This document shows positions 12,587-26,536 of a stretch of 64,000 bases of DNA, piece after piece; within the stretch, counting starts at the first letter, position 1, and the number at the start of each line of letters is the position of its first letter. Source of the stretch: Paraspadella gotoi (taxonomy: Eukaryota; Animalia; Chaetognatha); NCBI GenBank assembly GCA_051294375.1, contig CM119264.1, positions 20,364,248 to 20,428,247 of the forward strand. Direction: 5' to 3'. The translations under genes and the position numbers were made by a program. The notes beneath the pieces were generated by a model. The model was given only the letters and a program-made list of their open reading frames with translations. It was not told the DNA's origin and did not search any database.

Positions 12587-14277
12587 TCTTCTTATCCTCT
12601 TTCTTTCCCTCTTAAACTCGCTTCGGGAGATTTACTTCTTTCCAAACATTTATATTGCAATTTTTTTATTTACCTTTATTTTTCTTTCCATCTCATGCAT
12701 TTTTACCATTTCTTTTCTTTCGGCAAATACTACTAATGGTTTTTTCTCCAAGAAAAGGGAGACCGGCTGAGTCACGTCTCCAGCAGGTTGAGGAATGACG
12801 AAAAGCGCTTTCGGTGTCTGACACCGTATCTGTGCTTCATTAACTGATTCACCACCAACGGTACTTGGATATCAGTTCCATACCACCCATAAACATTATA
12901 AACTACTTAATATGGATACAAAAGTAACCAAGCCATGATTTAATTAAATTCAAAAATATTTTTATTTTTACGACCTACGAATGAATGACGGAAACTTGAA
13001 TATTTATTCTTAATTTTATAATTAGAAATCATTATAACGATAAAGTACGTATTTCCATGAAAAATGTATATTTTAGATTATATACCTAATACGTCCATGT
13101 GTGCATGTAAGTTTGTCTAAGTTTATTGTATTTAAATCGTACGTTGTTTTCTCTCCTCCCACAGTCCTCCTGCGAGTACTCGCAACTTAATGAACCAAGT
13201 GTCAATTATAGAAATGCGATGAAAGTCCGATAAAGTAGATAGAAGAATACCAAATGCGGTTATTGAGGGAAAAAGGTTTCCGTTTAAAAACTGGAAACGA
13301 CAGACGAGAATGAACGTAAAAATATTGGCTTCTTCAACGGTTCTCCACCTTTTCTTTAATAAGACATATTGGGTTTATTCTGCAGAAAAACGATACCGTA
13401 ATTCCATTTTATATTTTTTTAAAACTCGACATAAATATTGGGTTTTGCTGACTTTAAAATATTTAAAAAAAAATTAACTGCCGAACACTATTAGTAAGAA
13501 AAACTTTCGGAGTAGTTTTTTGGGAACATGGTATCTCTCAGGGAAATTTGCTATGAGTTTCTTCATGCATTAGTAATGATATAAGTAAATGCTTGGAGAA
13601 TAAGATAGTTCCAATCTTGGAAACACCATAATATGATTTTCATTGCATACACTCGAGACCTATAGCACTTTAACGCTCTTCTCATTTTTTTATTGTGACA
13701 AATCCTAGAAACTTAATCTAAAAAGCGCCCTCTTTGTCAGATAATTTCGGGTTGCTAAACTGGAAGTGAAAGGCGCTAAAATTTGTTTTACTTGTAGAAA
13801 GAAAGTAAAGATAGGCCAATAGGATTCCGGTCACCACATTTCGCTTAGTCAAAGTTTTTTAATTTGCTAACGGTTTTGAATATTGAGCCAGAAGTTATTT
13901 GCCACGATTTGATCCTCTCATCCGTGCTTATTAACTAAAAATACTTCCACTAATTAAAACTTTCGCTTTCTGAACATTAAGGCTTGTTCTGGTACCCTGT
14001 CTTGCACACACTCGCTCGGTTAGCACTTAGCAGATACAAGGATTCGCTCCGCCTGCCGCCCACCACCAGCGAACTTCCCCCGCATTCCCTCTATTATCTC
14101 ACGCGTCAAACCCTCGGTGGTTATTATTATTCTTTTTCTTGGTATTCCGGAGGCTTCGGCTTAACGCGCTCCGATTGGTTCTCGCCCGACGGACCAATCG
14201 AGTTCTAGCATAATCCCGCACGACGATGAATCTAATTATTTATTTTTAAGAAATTTTGGGTTTGTTTTGTTGTTTTG

Positions 14278-15627
14278 TTATCGAGCCTGCCGGCGAAGCC
14301 GGTCAGGGCTCGATTTTGTTTCGGGTCAGCTTCTTTGTGACGTTGTCGTCACGCTTTTTTATATAAAAACTACTACGCTTTTATAGTTTTGGATGGGACT
14401 TACCTTTTTTTTTAAATAAAAATTATTATGAATTACGATGAAGTTTTATATAAGTGTGCGATCATAGTAAGTTAAAAATTAAAATATGGCTTCTCATCTT
14501 GAAATAGCTTTGAAATTTTCTTATTATATTTGGATTCAAGTATTTTCTTTTTGGATTTCCACTTCAATAAGATTTACTGAAATATGCAAATGAGATTAAA
14601 GTACTCATTATAATATCCAAATTGGTATATAAAAATGCTTTAATCTAATTTACATATTGCAGTAAATAATAGTGAAGATAAAATTCATAAAAAAATATTT
14701 GAGTCAATAAAAAATCAATCAAAAGACCTTTTTAATGAGAAGCTATATCTTAATTTTAATACAAATAAAAATGAATTCTTTTACAAGCTATAATTGGAAA
14801 AAAATTGTAACATTTTCCAATTGTAAACAATTGTAACATTTTTTTGCCTTTCTTTTATTTCTTTAAATTATACATATATTTTTTTTTTTCAGGTGCTGCC
14901 TTTTCCAAACCGTTTAAAAACGAATTCAGGTTCTGCAGTGATTGTACAGCTGCCTTCCAGCAGCTGTCCAGCTTTCTCTCTCTCTCTCTGTCTCTCTCTC
15001 TGTTTCTCTCTGTCTCTCTCTCTCTTTCTGTACGATCTCTTGCCTGATCGTTCGTTTTTTGAAAAATTTTGATAATTTTTTTCATTCTAAAACTTTTATT
15101 ATCGCCATTTATTCCGCGCTTTTTTCTCAATACAAAATCTCAAAAGTATATCCAAGATTTTTGTGGATTTATTCTCTTTCTTTCTCTCTCTCTCTCTTTC
15201 TCTCTCTCTTTCACTCATACACGCATTTGTTTGGTTTTATTTACGATGAATGATTCATCGCGTCAATGAAAGGCTATCATTGCATCAATGAATGACTATC
15301 ATCTTATCAATTAATGATTATCATCACATCAATGAATGACTATCATCGCATCAATCATTTGGTTATCATCACATCAATCATTTGGTTATCATCGCATCAA
15401 TTATTGGTTATCATCGCATCAATATTTGGTTATCATCGCATCAATATTTGGTTATCATCGCGTCAATAATTGGTTATCATTGCATCAATAATCAATTCCG
15501 ATTACATCGATAAATTATTATTACATCAATAATTCGTTATCGCATCAATCATTCATTTTTTTCCCGGATTTTTTCATTGATTTTCTTTGATAGCTTGCAG
15601 GCTCGATCAATACTACTTTTAAGATTT
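14278..15627 (+). mobile_element. HINE family B (Helentron/DINE-1-like)
   Basis: TT|ATCGAGCC 5' subTIR with a nearby GGCTCGAT, short GTC tract, conserved ~500-bp core, ATCATCGCATCAAT minisatellite, 3' GGCTCGAT...TTTTAAGA|TTTT. Confidence 0.85.
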
Positions 15628-15808
15628 TTTTTTCTTTTCTTTTTTTGCTTCTTATTTATTTTTTTTCACTTTCTCCTTTTTTGCAGTCTTGTCTCACTTG
15701 ATTCAATTAAGAGAACTGATTGCTTCCTCGCGAAACTGGAGGAGATAGTAGTTGCAATAGATGTTGCGGAGAAAAAGCGCTTCGATCGCGTTTTATTCAA
15801 TGAAGCCG

Positions 15809-16063
15809 TGTGGCGGTATATTTACACCGCCTCACGTCCTCCATCGTTCAGCCAAATCCATTGGCTCAGAGGGGGAACACACCATCCCAGGCGTAGAGTT
15901 CCATCCACAGTCCTAACCCCTTCCCTATGCGTTGACAAAGCGAGACCGTCCTAGGGTAACCGCGCCAGTGACTAGAGGCGTCACTGAGGGTTGAAAGCCG
16001 TCAAAGCCAACAGTGAGATACCCCATCCCAATGGGCATCAAAGGCAACCCGGATGTTGCCATA
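15809..16063 (+). mobile_element. Solo-LTR-like repeat family G
   Basis: TGTGGCG...TTGCCATA termini, 5' hairpin, second copy at 34627-34870, flanks GCCG/TCCG (3 of 4 match). Confidence 0.65.
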
Positions 16064-16315
16064 TCCGTGGCTTATTCAGTTATTAACTTTCGCAAAAATA
16101 CACGTATAGGATTCTCTTGAGCCAGTTTCCCGCGGGACCAGAGACGTCATCGCGAATGAGCCTTTAACAGCAAATTACGCTTTCGTTTTATTACTTTTCC
16201 TTTTGTTGCTCATTTCTCTCTGTTGTTCGAAGGGACTGATGAAAACCTAACAATGAAATTAAAAAAGCAAAAAAAATGTTGACTCTCAGTTATATATTGT
16301 TTAAAGAATATAACG

Positions 16316-16427
16316 CACTATATGAGCTCAGTAGGGTGGATGACGGAAAATATCACAGGGCCTCGCTATCGAGCCAGAACGACTACACTATATGAGCTCA
16401 GTAGGGTGGATGACGGAAAATATCACA
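16316..16427. repeat. ~42-bp direct repeat pair separated by a ~28-bp spacer
   Basis: CACTATATGAGCTCAGTAGGGTGGATGACGGAAAATATCACA occurs twice. Confidence 0.9.
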
Positions 16428-16870
16428 TATATCGTTTATCCTTTCATTCCAACTATACTTTTCACGATATAAATTTTTACAACGCAGTAGTCGGTGATCT
16501 TGACACTGATTTTTCAAAGCATGATTCTATCGAGATGTTGACTAAAAAATATCGCATCTTTTTTGCTGTTGACAATGACGGCCGGAACAGGTTGAAAACT
16601 TGAAGTTCTCTCAAATAAATAATGGTTAAGTGACTGTTAGAGATAATGAAAATGAAAAAAAATTTAAAATTTATCTTATTAATTAGCGCACGGAAGCATT
16701 TAAAGATTTTTTTATTACTATATAAAGTTTCAAATTTTTTTTAATTTTTCAATTTTTTTAATAGATTCTGATAGAGCTTTAAAAGTTAGATAAAGGTTAT
16801 TAATACAAATTTTTAAAAATTTGTTGTTTTATTAATGAAAATTTTAAAAAACCATGAAATTCAGCCAATG

Positions 16871-18600
16871 ATAATTCACTTTGTCGGTCTGACGGTCCGC
16901 CCCCTCAATATTGTCGGGCACTAACTTATATCATGTCAGAACATCGAATTATGATAAATTATGCAAAAAAAATTATGTCCGTCCGTCCGTCCGTCCGTCC
17001 GTCCCACCTTAGCAAAAAACACCAATTACTCGTGATTGGATGGATGGATAGATTGGAATGAAATTTTGTGTGTCGATAGGGAAGTGTGTGATTAAGCTGT
17101 ATATGAAGTTTCGATGGAATCGTCCGATTGGAAATGAGTTTAAATGGAAAAAATAAAAAAATAAATTTCACTATTTGAACACCAAGTGGATGGGGCGATT
17201 GACTATAAATTTTGTATTTGCGTAGGAAAGTGTGTGATTGAGCTGGAAATAAAGTTTCGATGGAATCGTTTGAGTGGAAATGAGTTTAAATGGAAAAAAA
17301 CAAAAAACCTGTTTCATTAATTGATTATGCTTCTTTTTCCTTTTATATTAAATGTAAATGAAGGATGTATTAATAAATCAAATAATTAATCAGTTAATTA
17401 ATCAATTAATAATTAATAATAATTAATAATTAATTAATTAGTCAATCAATCCGTCCATCCGTCCCATCTTAGCAAAAAGCTCCAATAACTCGTGATTGGC
17501 TGGTTGGATTGGAATGAAATTTTGTGTGTGGGTAGGACAGTGTGAGATGAAGCTGGATTTAAAGTCTCGATGGAATCGTGCGAGTGGAAATGAGTTTAAA
17601 TGGAAAAAACATAAGTTGCATTTACTAAAATCTTTTTACTTATTTTAACCAATAAATACTCTATTTAATCATAATTGGATGAATAGATATAGTTGAAATT
17701 TTGTGTGTGGGTAGGAAAGTGTGTGACGAAGCTTGATACAAAGTTTCGGTGGAAACGTACGAGTGAAAATGAGTTTAAATAAAAAAAAAAAGAGTCACAT
17801 TTACTTGAATCTTTTTGTTTTCACGATTTGTTAGTCCTGCAATGTTACTTATTATAACCCATAATTACTCGAATTAATCATAATTGAATTAATATATTGA
17901 AAAGGAAAGTGTGTGAAGAAGCTAGATATAAAGTTTTGATGGAATTGTGCCTATGGAAATAAGTTTAAATGGAAAAAACATAATTCACATTTTCTTGAAT
18001 CTTTTTTATTTATGATTACTAATAAATGTTTTAATTAATTAATTAATTAATTTGAAAAAATGATACAATTTAAAAAAATTATGCAAGTTGAAAAAATTAT
18101 GCCTGTTGAAAAAAATATGCAAGTTGAAAAAATTATGCAAGTTTAAAAAAAATGCAAGTTGAAAAAAAATGCAAGTTGAAAAAATTATGCAAGTTAAAAA
18201 AATTATGGCAAGTTTTGAAAAAAATTATGCAAGTTGAAAAAATGATGCAAGTTTAAAAAATGATGCAGGTTAAAAAAATGATGCGAATTGTAAAAATGAT
18301 GTAAATTGAAAAAATGATGAGTTGAAAAAAATTATGTACGTGGAAAAATGATGCGAGTTGAAAAAATGATGCGAGTTAAAAAAATGATGCGAATTGTAAA
18401 AATGATGTAAATTGAAAAAATGCGATGAGGTTGATAAAATTATGTGCGTGGAAAAAATTATACGAGTGCAAAAAATGATGCTAGTTAAAACATGATGCGA
18501 GTTAAAAAAAAATTTTAAAAATATTATGATTTATCATCTGATTAGCAGATTACCGCTTAATTATTGTAGGCAGATCCGACATTGTTTGCTCAAACTTGTT
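16871..18600 (+). mobile_element. HINE family A copy (5' subTIR missing) with ~160-bp internal subrepeats and a ~19-bp minisatellite
   Basis: Near-identical to 6630-7240; (GTCC)n; ATGCAAGTTGAAAAAA array at ~18060-18510; ends GCAGATCCGACATTGTTTGCTCAAACTTGTT. Confidence 0.85.
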
Positions 18601-18748
18601 CTATTTTTAACCAATTTATTGTCAAAATTTTAAATAATTGTAGTACTAACCTTCATTTAACTTTTCAAGCTTTATATGAATCCGTTCTTAAAAAATGCAA
18701 TTTTTAAAAAAAATTTTGTTATTTGTTATATATTTGTTATATACTTAT

Positions 18749-18836
18749 TAACCACCAAAGCCTGTCCAAAGTCAGGGGCAAGATAGCTTATTTATTAAAT
18801 GAATGGATAATTTTTATATTGGTTGTACCAATTTCA
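18749..18836 (+). repeat. Family H copy, lying inside the right arm of a TAAGGCG-type MITE that ends near 18985
   Basis: Matches 2922-3007; TTTTGGCCCGCCTTA terminus downstream. Confidence 0.75.
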
Positions 18837-20465
18837 TATTAATAAATATTTAAAAGCTTCAGTGCAACAACCCTATGAACTAATTAAAAAAGTGACATTG
18901 AAAATCGATTTAGTAATAGAAGGAAAAAAGAAATTTTTTTGAGGAACTAAAAGTTATAAAAAGTGTTCAATTTTGGCCCGCCTTAGACTTAGTGAGCATT
19001 TCTGGTAGACCAAGTTCCATTCTTACGACCACAAAAAACGGGGGAAAGGATATAACGACCGGAAATCGGAGAAAATGGCGAACACAAAAAGGGAAAGGAT
19101 AGAATATATGTGACGTTAAGACGCGTTACCTGCCCAGTCAGAGATTTAAAGCAAAGAATGTTTCTGGCCTATTAGATTAAATTAGATTATATTATATTAT
19201 GTTAGATTAATATAAATACTTACTAAGACTAAGGAGATAATCATAAGTATTAAATAACAACCTTGTCATAGACATCGACATAGATCTGGGTCTCTAGCTC
19301 TCATCTGCCACCAATCTACCTCTGATGTTCGGTTTACTTGGTCAACGGGTTTGTGATAAATTGCAAGATTTTATTTTCATGATTTTTTCGTCTTCATGTC
19401 TTTTATTACGTTTGGAGTTTCGATAAAAGCAGAAACTTAAAAATCAATCACCATCACGCCGCAGAAATTTTAATTTAATTTTTCCATTCACTTTCTCTTA
19501 GTCGCTACCAGTTTTTTTTGTTTGACTGTTCGACGCATTGTCGTATTCGTCTTACTTCAGGAAGCACTGTCGGTATTTTCTATCTTGAGAACCACCATAC
19601 TTTGACTTGGTCGCCATAGCAAAGACATCGGTTCCATCCTCTCTACCATCCGGCGTTCAGATGCCATGGCAACCACGCCGTTTCCGAATCAACGACGCCG
19701 GCTTTCGTCGAGATTCATTCCTTTGGCGACGAAAGACGAATTTCCTCATTTCGGCTTCCAGAATCTTGTTTCGGTGAACCATGACCCAGAATCGATGCTT
19801 ATTTCCCGGTTTTTTCCTTTCCCTCCATTTATTTCCATCTTTGCCGCCTCCTTGACACTCACACTCAGTTTGAAAATATTTGTATATTTTTCTTCGATCC
19901 GTTAGGTTTTTCACATTTATCATCTTTTTATAATCTTTTAATTTTTTCTAGCAAACTTAATCATCTGTTTCTGTCGCACAAGTCTATTTTCATTCGGACA
20001 TGCTCTTTTACTAAGAACATGCAAAGAATAATGCGCAAAATTACACCTAGGTCTACTATCCTACTATAAGTTACTTGCTTTTAAATATCGGAACGTCTCT
20101 GTTTTCTTAATCTCCACCTAAGAATTAACGGGACATTTCACTCACCTACCCAGTGGGTAGTACTCACCCACCCACCCTCGTTCACCATATAACGCCACCT
20201 TCCCACCTTCCACCTTCTGCGCTTCGGCTTAGAAAAGCGAAGGGGAATTCACAAATCAATTAGTCTCTTTCCTTTTCTTTAATTGCCGCCAGCGTTTCTC
20301 TTTCGACGCCGGGAGAAACACTTCCGGCGTCGCGCTAACGATTCTCTCGAGACGCGACTCGCGAGACAATCGATCTTCCCTCGATTTTCAAAGGTCAATT
20401 ACAAAAATTACATTTTCGTGCGGAAGGGGCGAACATTTATAATTCAATCCGGCTTTGAGCTTTTT

Positions 20466-21677
20466 TTATCGAGCCTACCGGCGATATTGATTCAGGTCAG
20501 CTTCTTTGTGTCGGTGTCGGTGTCGGTGTCGTCGTTGTCGTCGTCGTCGTCGTCGTCATCACGCTGTTTTTATATAAAAACTACTACGCTTTTATAGGTT
20601 TGGCTGGGACTTACCGTTTTTTTTAAATAAAAATTATTATGAATTATGATATTGTTTTACCAAAGTGTGCGATCATAATAAGTTAAACATTTAGATATGG
20701 CTTCTCATCTTGAAATAGCTTTGATATTTTCTTATTACATTTGGATTTAAGTATTTTTTGTTTGAATTTCCACTTCATTATTATTTACTGCAATATGCAA
20801 AGGAGATTATAGTACTCATTATAATATCCAAATTAGTATATAGAAATGCTTTAATCTAATTTACATATTGCAGTATATAATACTGAAGATGAAATTCAAA
20901 AAAAAATTTTTAAATCTATAATAAAAATGGGAAATCAAAGGAACTTTTTAATGAGAAGCTATATCTTAATTTTAATACAAATAAAAATAAAATCTTTTAC
21001 AATCTTTGATTGGAAAAAGTTGTAACAATTTCCAATTGTAAACAATTGTAACATTTTTTTTCCTTTCTTTTATTTCTTTAAATTATATATATATTTTTTT
21101 TTCCTATTTTTGTCAGTTGCTGCGTCTTCTGAACCTTTTAAAAACGATTTCAGGCTCTGCAGTGATTGTACAACTGCCTTCGAGCGGCTGTCCAGACGGT
21201 GTGGGGTTCTCTCTCTGTCTCTGTCTGTCTCTTTCTTTCTCTTTCTGTTCTCTCTCTCCTGTTCTCTGTCTCTGTCTCTCTCCCTCTCTCTGTACGATCT
21301 CTTGTGCGTGTCGTTTTTTGAAAAATTTTGATCATTTTTTTCCTTTTAAAACTTTATTATCGCCATTTTATTCTGCGCTTTTTTCTCAATGCAAAATCCC
21401 AAATTTACATCCGAGATTTTCGTGGTATTATTCTTCTTTCTCTCTCTCTTTCTTCTCTCTCTTCCTCTTCTCTTTCTCTCTCTCCTTCACTCATACACGC
21501 ATTGTGTTTGTTATTTATGATGAATGATTCATTGCGTCATGAATGACTATCATCGCATCAATGAATGATCTATCATCGCATTCAATATTTGGTTATCATC
21601 GCATCAATCATTTGGTTATCATCGCATCAATATTTGTTATCATTGAAAGTAGGCGAGATCCTATTCTTTTAAGATTT
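20466..21677 (+). mobile_element. HINE family B copy
   Basis: TTATCGAGCC start, (GTC)n, conserved core, ends GGCGAGATCCTATTCTTTTAAGATT. Confidence 0.85.
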
Positions 21678-23087
21678 TTATCGAGCCTTGACCGGCGAAG
21701 CGGCGGGTCAGGCTCTATATGTTTTAGGTTGCTTCTTTGTGACGTAGTCGTCGTCGTCGTCGTCGTCCGTCACCGCTTTTTTGTATAAAAACTACATGCT
21801 TTTATAGGTTTGGCTGTGACTTACCGGTTTTTTTTAAATAAAAATTATTATGAATTATGATAAAGTTTTACAAAAGTGTGCGATCATAGTAAGTTAAAAT
21901 TTAGATATGCTTTTCATCTTGAAATAGCTGTGATATTTTCATATTACATTTGGATTTAAGTATTTTTGTTTGAATTTCCACTTCATTATGATTTACTGCA
22001 ATATGCAAATGAGATTAAAAGTAACTCATAAATATCCAAATTAGTATATAAAAATGCTTTAATCTAATTTACATATTGCATATATAATATTGAAGATGAA
22101 ATTCAAAAATTTTTTTAAAAATATATAAAAAATGGGAACTCAAAATATCTTTTTAATGAGAAGCTATATCTTAATTTTAATACAAAAAAAATAAATCTTT
22201 TACAAGCTGCGATTGAAAAAATTGGAAAAATTTCCAATTGTAAGCAAATGTAACATATTTTTGCCTTTCTTTTATTTCTTTAAATATATATATATTTTTT
22301 TTTTCTTATTTTGAAAAAACGAGTTCAGTCTCTGCAGTGACTGTACAGCGGCCTTCCAGCAGCGTCCAGCTTGTTCTCTCTGCTGTCTGTCTCTTCTGTC
22401 TGTCTTCTCTGTGACTCTCTCTGTCTCTCTCTCTCTCTCTCTGTGTACGATTCTTGCGTGATCGTTCTTTTTTTGAAAAATTCTGATTATTTTTTTCCTT
22501 CTAAAAACTTTTATTATCACCATTATCCCAAATTTACATCCGAGATTTTCGTGGATTTATTTTAGAAAAAGTGAAGAATAACTCATACGTCAGAAATTTT
22601 ACGCCTTCTCTCCAGCCTCTCCCGTCTCTAACATGATTGGATTAAAGAAAAAAATATATAATAAGCAAATAGCATATTTAATACAGATTTACATTGCCAG
22701 AGGAAATCTTTTCATATCTCTGTCCAATGTTGTTTATCGAAAAACCTTAAATTTTTTTTCACAATTTGAATATGCCGGATTGTATCTATATGCCGATCAT
22801 TTTTTTACTGCCTATTTTTGCCGTTTATGGTTAACTACCAAACAATGTATCTATTTATCAAGTTCCATTAGTGAGGCAGTGATGAAGTTGAAATGTGTGT
22901 TCATTTCTTGTTTCATATCGATTCAAGTATTTTTTGTTTGAATTTCCACTTCATTATAATTTACTGCAATATGCTAATTAGATTATAGTACTTACTGCAA
23001 TATCAAATTAGTATATAGTAAACTTATATTTTAATTTGGCGATGAGTAAACGAGTTCCGCCTATGCAGCGTCTGTTCAGCTTCTTTC

Positions 23088-23120
<33 letters not shown>

Positions 23121-23826
23121 TTCTCTCTTTACGATCTCTTGCGTGATCGTTCGTTTTTTGAAAAATTCTGATTATTTTTTTCCTTCTAAAAACTTTTATT
23201 ATCGCCATTATTCCGCGCTTTTTTTTCAATACACAAATCCCAAATTTATATCTTAGATTTTCGTGGATTTTTTGAGAAAATGTGAAGAATAACTTACTTG
23301 ACCTGGATTTCGTGGCTGTTGCAGGGCAACGAGTAGACAATGTCAAGGAACATGACCTAAAAACGCTTTTGATGGTAATGAAACGTTTGTGATATATGTA
23401 TAATAGAGATCATAGGACTGAGATCACGCCGCCTTGCGACGAGGCAACGGATAACCGATATAATTGGAAAGAAATACGGTTTTTCTTTTTATTTTTCTCT
23501 CTCTCTCTCTCTCTCTCTCTCCTCTCTCTCTCCTCTGATTATTTTTTTCCTTCTAAAAACTTTTATTATCACCATTTATCCGCGCTTTTTTCTTTTACCT
23601 GGATTTCTGGGCCGTTGCGACGGCAACGAGTAAACAATGTCAGGAACATGACCTAATAACGCGATAACGAATTGATTATTATTATTTGGAAGTCAAAAAT
23701 ATCATAGTCGTTAACTGAGTATTTTCAACTATAATATTTTGTTAATAGGGATTATAATTTTTCATAGTACAAAAAATTTCTTATATGGCTTCTTTTTCTC
23801 TCTCTCTCTCTTTCTCTCTCTTTCCT

Positions 23827-23858
<32 letters not shown>

Positions 23859-24035
23859 TTTTTTTCCTTCTAAAAACTTTTATTATCGCCATTTATTCCG
23901 CGCTTTTTTCTCAATACAAAATCCCAAATTTACATGCGAGATTTTCGTAGATTTTTTTCCTAAAAATTCTGATTATTCTTTATATAAACAGAGAAAGACC
24001 TAATAATGCGTTTCGTTGGCGGGAAAACTGTCCAG

Positions 24036-24079
<44 letters not shown>

Positions 24080-24383
24080 ACTCATACACGCATTTGTTTG
24101 TTTTATTTACGATGAATGATTCATCGCGTCAATGAATTACATATCATCGCATCAATGAATGACTATCATCGTATCAATGAATGATTATCATCATATCAAT
24201 AAATGACTATCATCGCCATCAATCATTTGATTATCATCAGATCAGTCATTTTGTTATCATCGCATCAATTATTGTTATCATCGCGTCAATATTTGGTTTA
24301 CATTCGCATCAATATTTGGTTATCATCGCATCAATATTTGGGTTACCATCGAAAGCGGCTCGATCCTTATGCTTTTAAGATTT
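21678..24383 (+). mobile_element. HINE family B long copy, joined head-to-tail to the preceding copy
   Basis: Junction TTTTAAGA-TTTTT-ATCGAGCC; ends GCGGCTCGATCCTTATGCTTTTAAGATT; internal modules shared with 60003-63368. Confidence 0.85.
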
Positions 24384-26536
24384 TTTCATATCTTTTAATG
24401 ACGGCATATATGCGAGAGAGACAAAAAAGAATTGAAGCAATATAGAAGAAAAAATCAGGTTGATGTGCCCAAAATTAACTTAAGTAAACGACGTACACAT
24501 TCGAAGAAGATAAAAATTAAAGAATTATAAAAAAAATATAAAAAAATATATTTTTAATATGAAACCAAAATGAAAACCTAACACAAAACTATAAACTAGC
24601 TTAATTGAGATGGTGCTCTGATGTATGATATTTGGCACGGGCGTTTTTTGTAATTAGGCGCAAGTTTTACAATGTTTTACAAAAACTGAGAAAAAATGCA
24701 GATGATTTGTTGCGTCGCATTTGAACATGATTTCCAAAATAAAACGAATTTTAAAATTTGAGGGAAGACAATTTCAAAAAGTCCAAGACCCTGACTGTCG
24801 CCTTGGCGTTTCCTCTCGTGGAAACGATGAGATGAAATCCATCGAAATTAACATAACTTTCGATAGAACTGTTGGGGATTCGAATCCTTCAATACTTCAC
24901 CCCGCACAAACTGACTTTGACTATGTTATTCAAGCATATTCTATTTAAGATTCATTACTACTTTTTCTTCTTTAATCCTCCTTACTTTAACGGGTTTTTA
25001 ATCCTAAATGATGCAATTAAAAAAAATTATTAGTGCCACAGTAACAGTTCAGCTTAAGCCCTTGAAAGCGATTTACATTTTGTTATTTTTTTGATTTTAT
25101 CATCGCTCCGAGTAACTTAAAAGATGCCATCATCGTGTTACTTTAAAGTTTCATACCCGAGGGCCCCCTTTCTCGCTCGTCGGAATCTAAGTGGCCTCAT
25201 AGCTCACTCTGTCTAAATCTCGGCGTAAAAAAACTTGGCTCTCGCTTCCCGTTTGTTGTGCGGCCAACGATTTAAAGGCCCTCGGTCGACAGATTTCTTA
25301 TCAACCCCCGATCCCCGAAGAAAACATCGGGTTGATCTCGGAAAAAAAATGTTACCACAAGATTATCGTTTTTCAACTTTTTCTTTTTTTTTAGATATTC
25401 TCTTATCTCCATTATGTCTGTCTGTTGATTTTCATGAATAGCCCGTTCAGTTTATTTTCATCTTTTTTAAACTAGATTATTATTAATCATTTTTGGTCTA
25501 TTTTTCAGAATATCTAACATTTTTTCATACCTTTGTACTATTCTCGGGGGCGGCGAGAAAAATGGCGGGGCCCCCCATTGGCCCCGTGGCCGTCCCCCCC
25601 CCCGCTCTAAATAATTTTTGTTTTCAGTTTTCGATTACCGTTTTACTGAAACTTTTTTAAAAATCACAATCTCTCTTCTCGGAGGCCCTGACTACTCTTA
25701 TCTAATTATACTTTTACTAAAGTATTTTTTTTCGCTTTAAATGTGCTTTTTTTCTAACTTCATGTCTTTTCTTTGCCTTGCAAACCAAAAAAATCTCGTT
25801 TCCATCTTGCATTTAGTCTTTTTTTCTCAAACTGTATTTAACTCACACACCACTCTGCCTTTCTCAGACCTTTCTCTATTACCAGTGCCACCCGTGCAGG
25901 GTATTATCCTCGTCAACTTATCATGAGGAACTTCTTTCGACCTTTCTCAGCGCCCTCTCACCCTTTTACCCTCCGCCTCTTTCCTCGCTTTCGAACCTCA
26001 TGTAGGTGAGACGAAGGACAGAATAAAAACTTTACTCATCCTTTTAGGGTTTTCCTATTTTCTTAGCATTTTTTAAAAAAATTTTCTCACGTTTTTGAAA
26101 AAGCCCACTTTAGAAACTGACAGCGACTATTGACTAATTTCTTCCATACCGTTGTCGTTCTTTTTACATTTCACATTCAAAACAATGAGAAAATCTAAAA
26201 ATTATTTATACAATATTTCGATAACCAATAACCAATGTCAAATAACAGTAAATAGAGCAGAAAAATTTAAGATAAAAACTTACGAACCATGAAAAAAGTC
26301 TTTTTTCTTGCGATTATGATTTTTTAAGCTAATCAGTTTCATTTTTCTGCTAAAATTCAAATACCTAAGTTATTGTAAAGAAACTGGATTAAGTGTTTAC
26401 AAAAAATATATCATGTTAGTTGAAAGAGGTAATAGAATAATACAAAAAGATAAACAATAATACTATGTTATAAAGATTTAAATTTAATCCAATAGAGTAA
26501 TAAAATATAATAAAATTTTGTTTTAAAATTAAATAT

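Noticed and set aside
15270-15550. CRISPR-like periodic repeats (also 24130-24350, 63130-63340, 16316-16427)
   Set aside because: Tandem minisatellites without unique spacers, in eukaryotic TE context, with no cas genes.
19109-19270. TGTGAC...GTCATA segment as another solo LTR
   Set aside because: No TSD and no second copy in the window.
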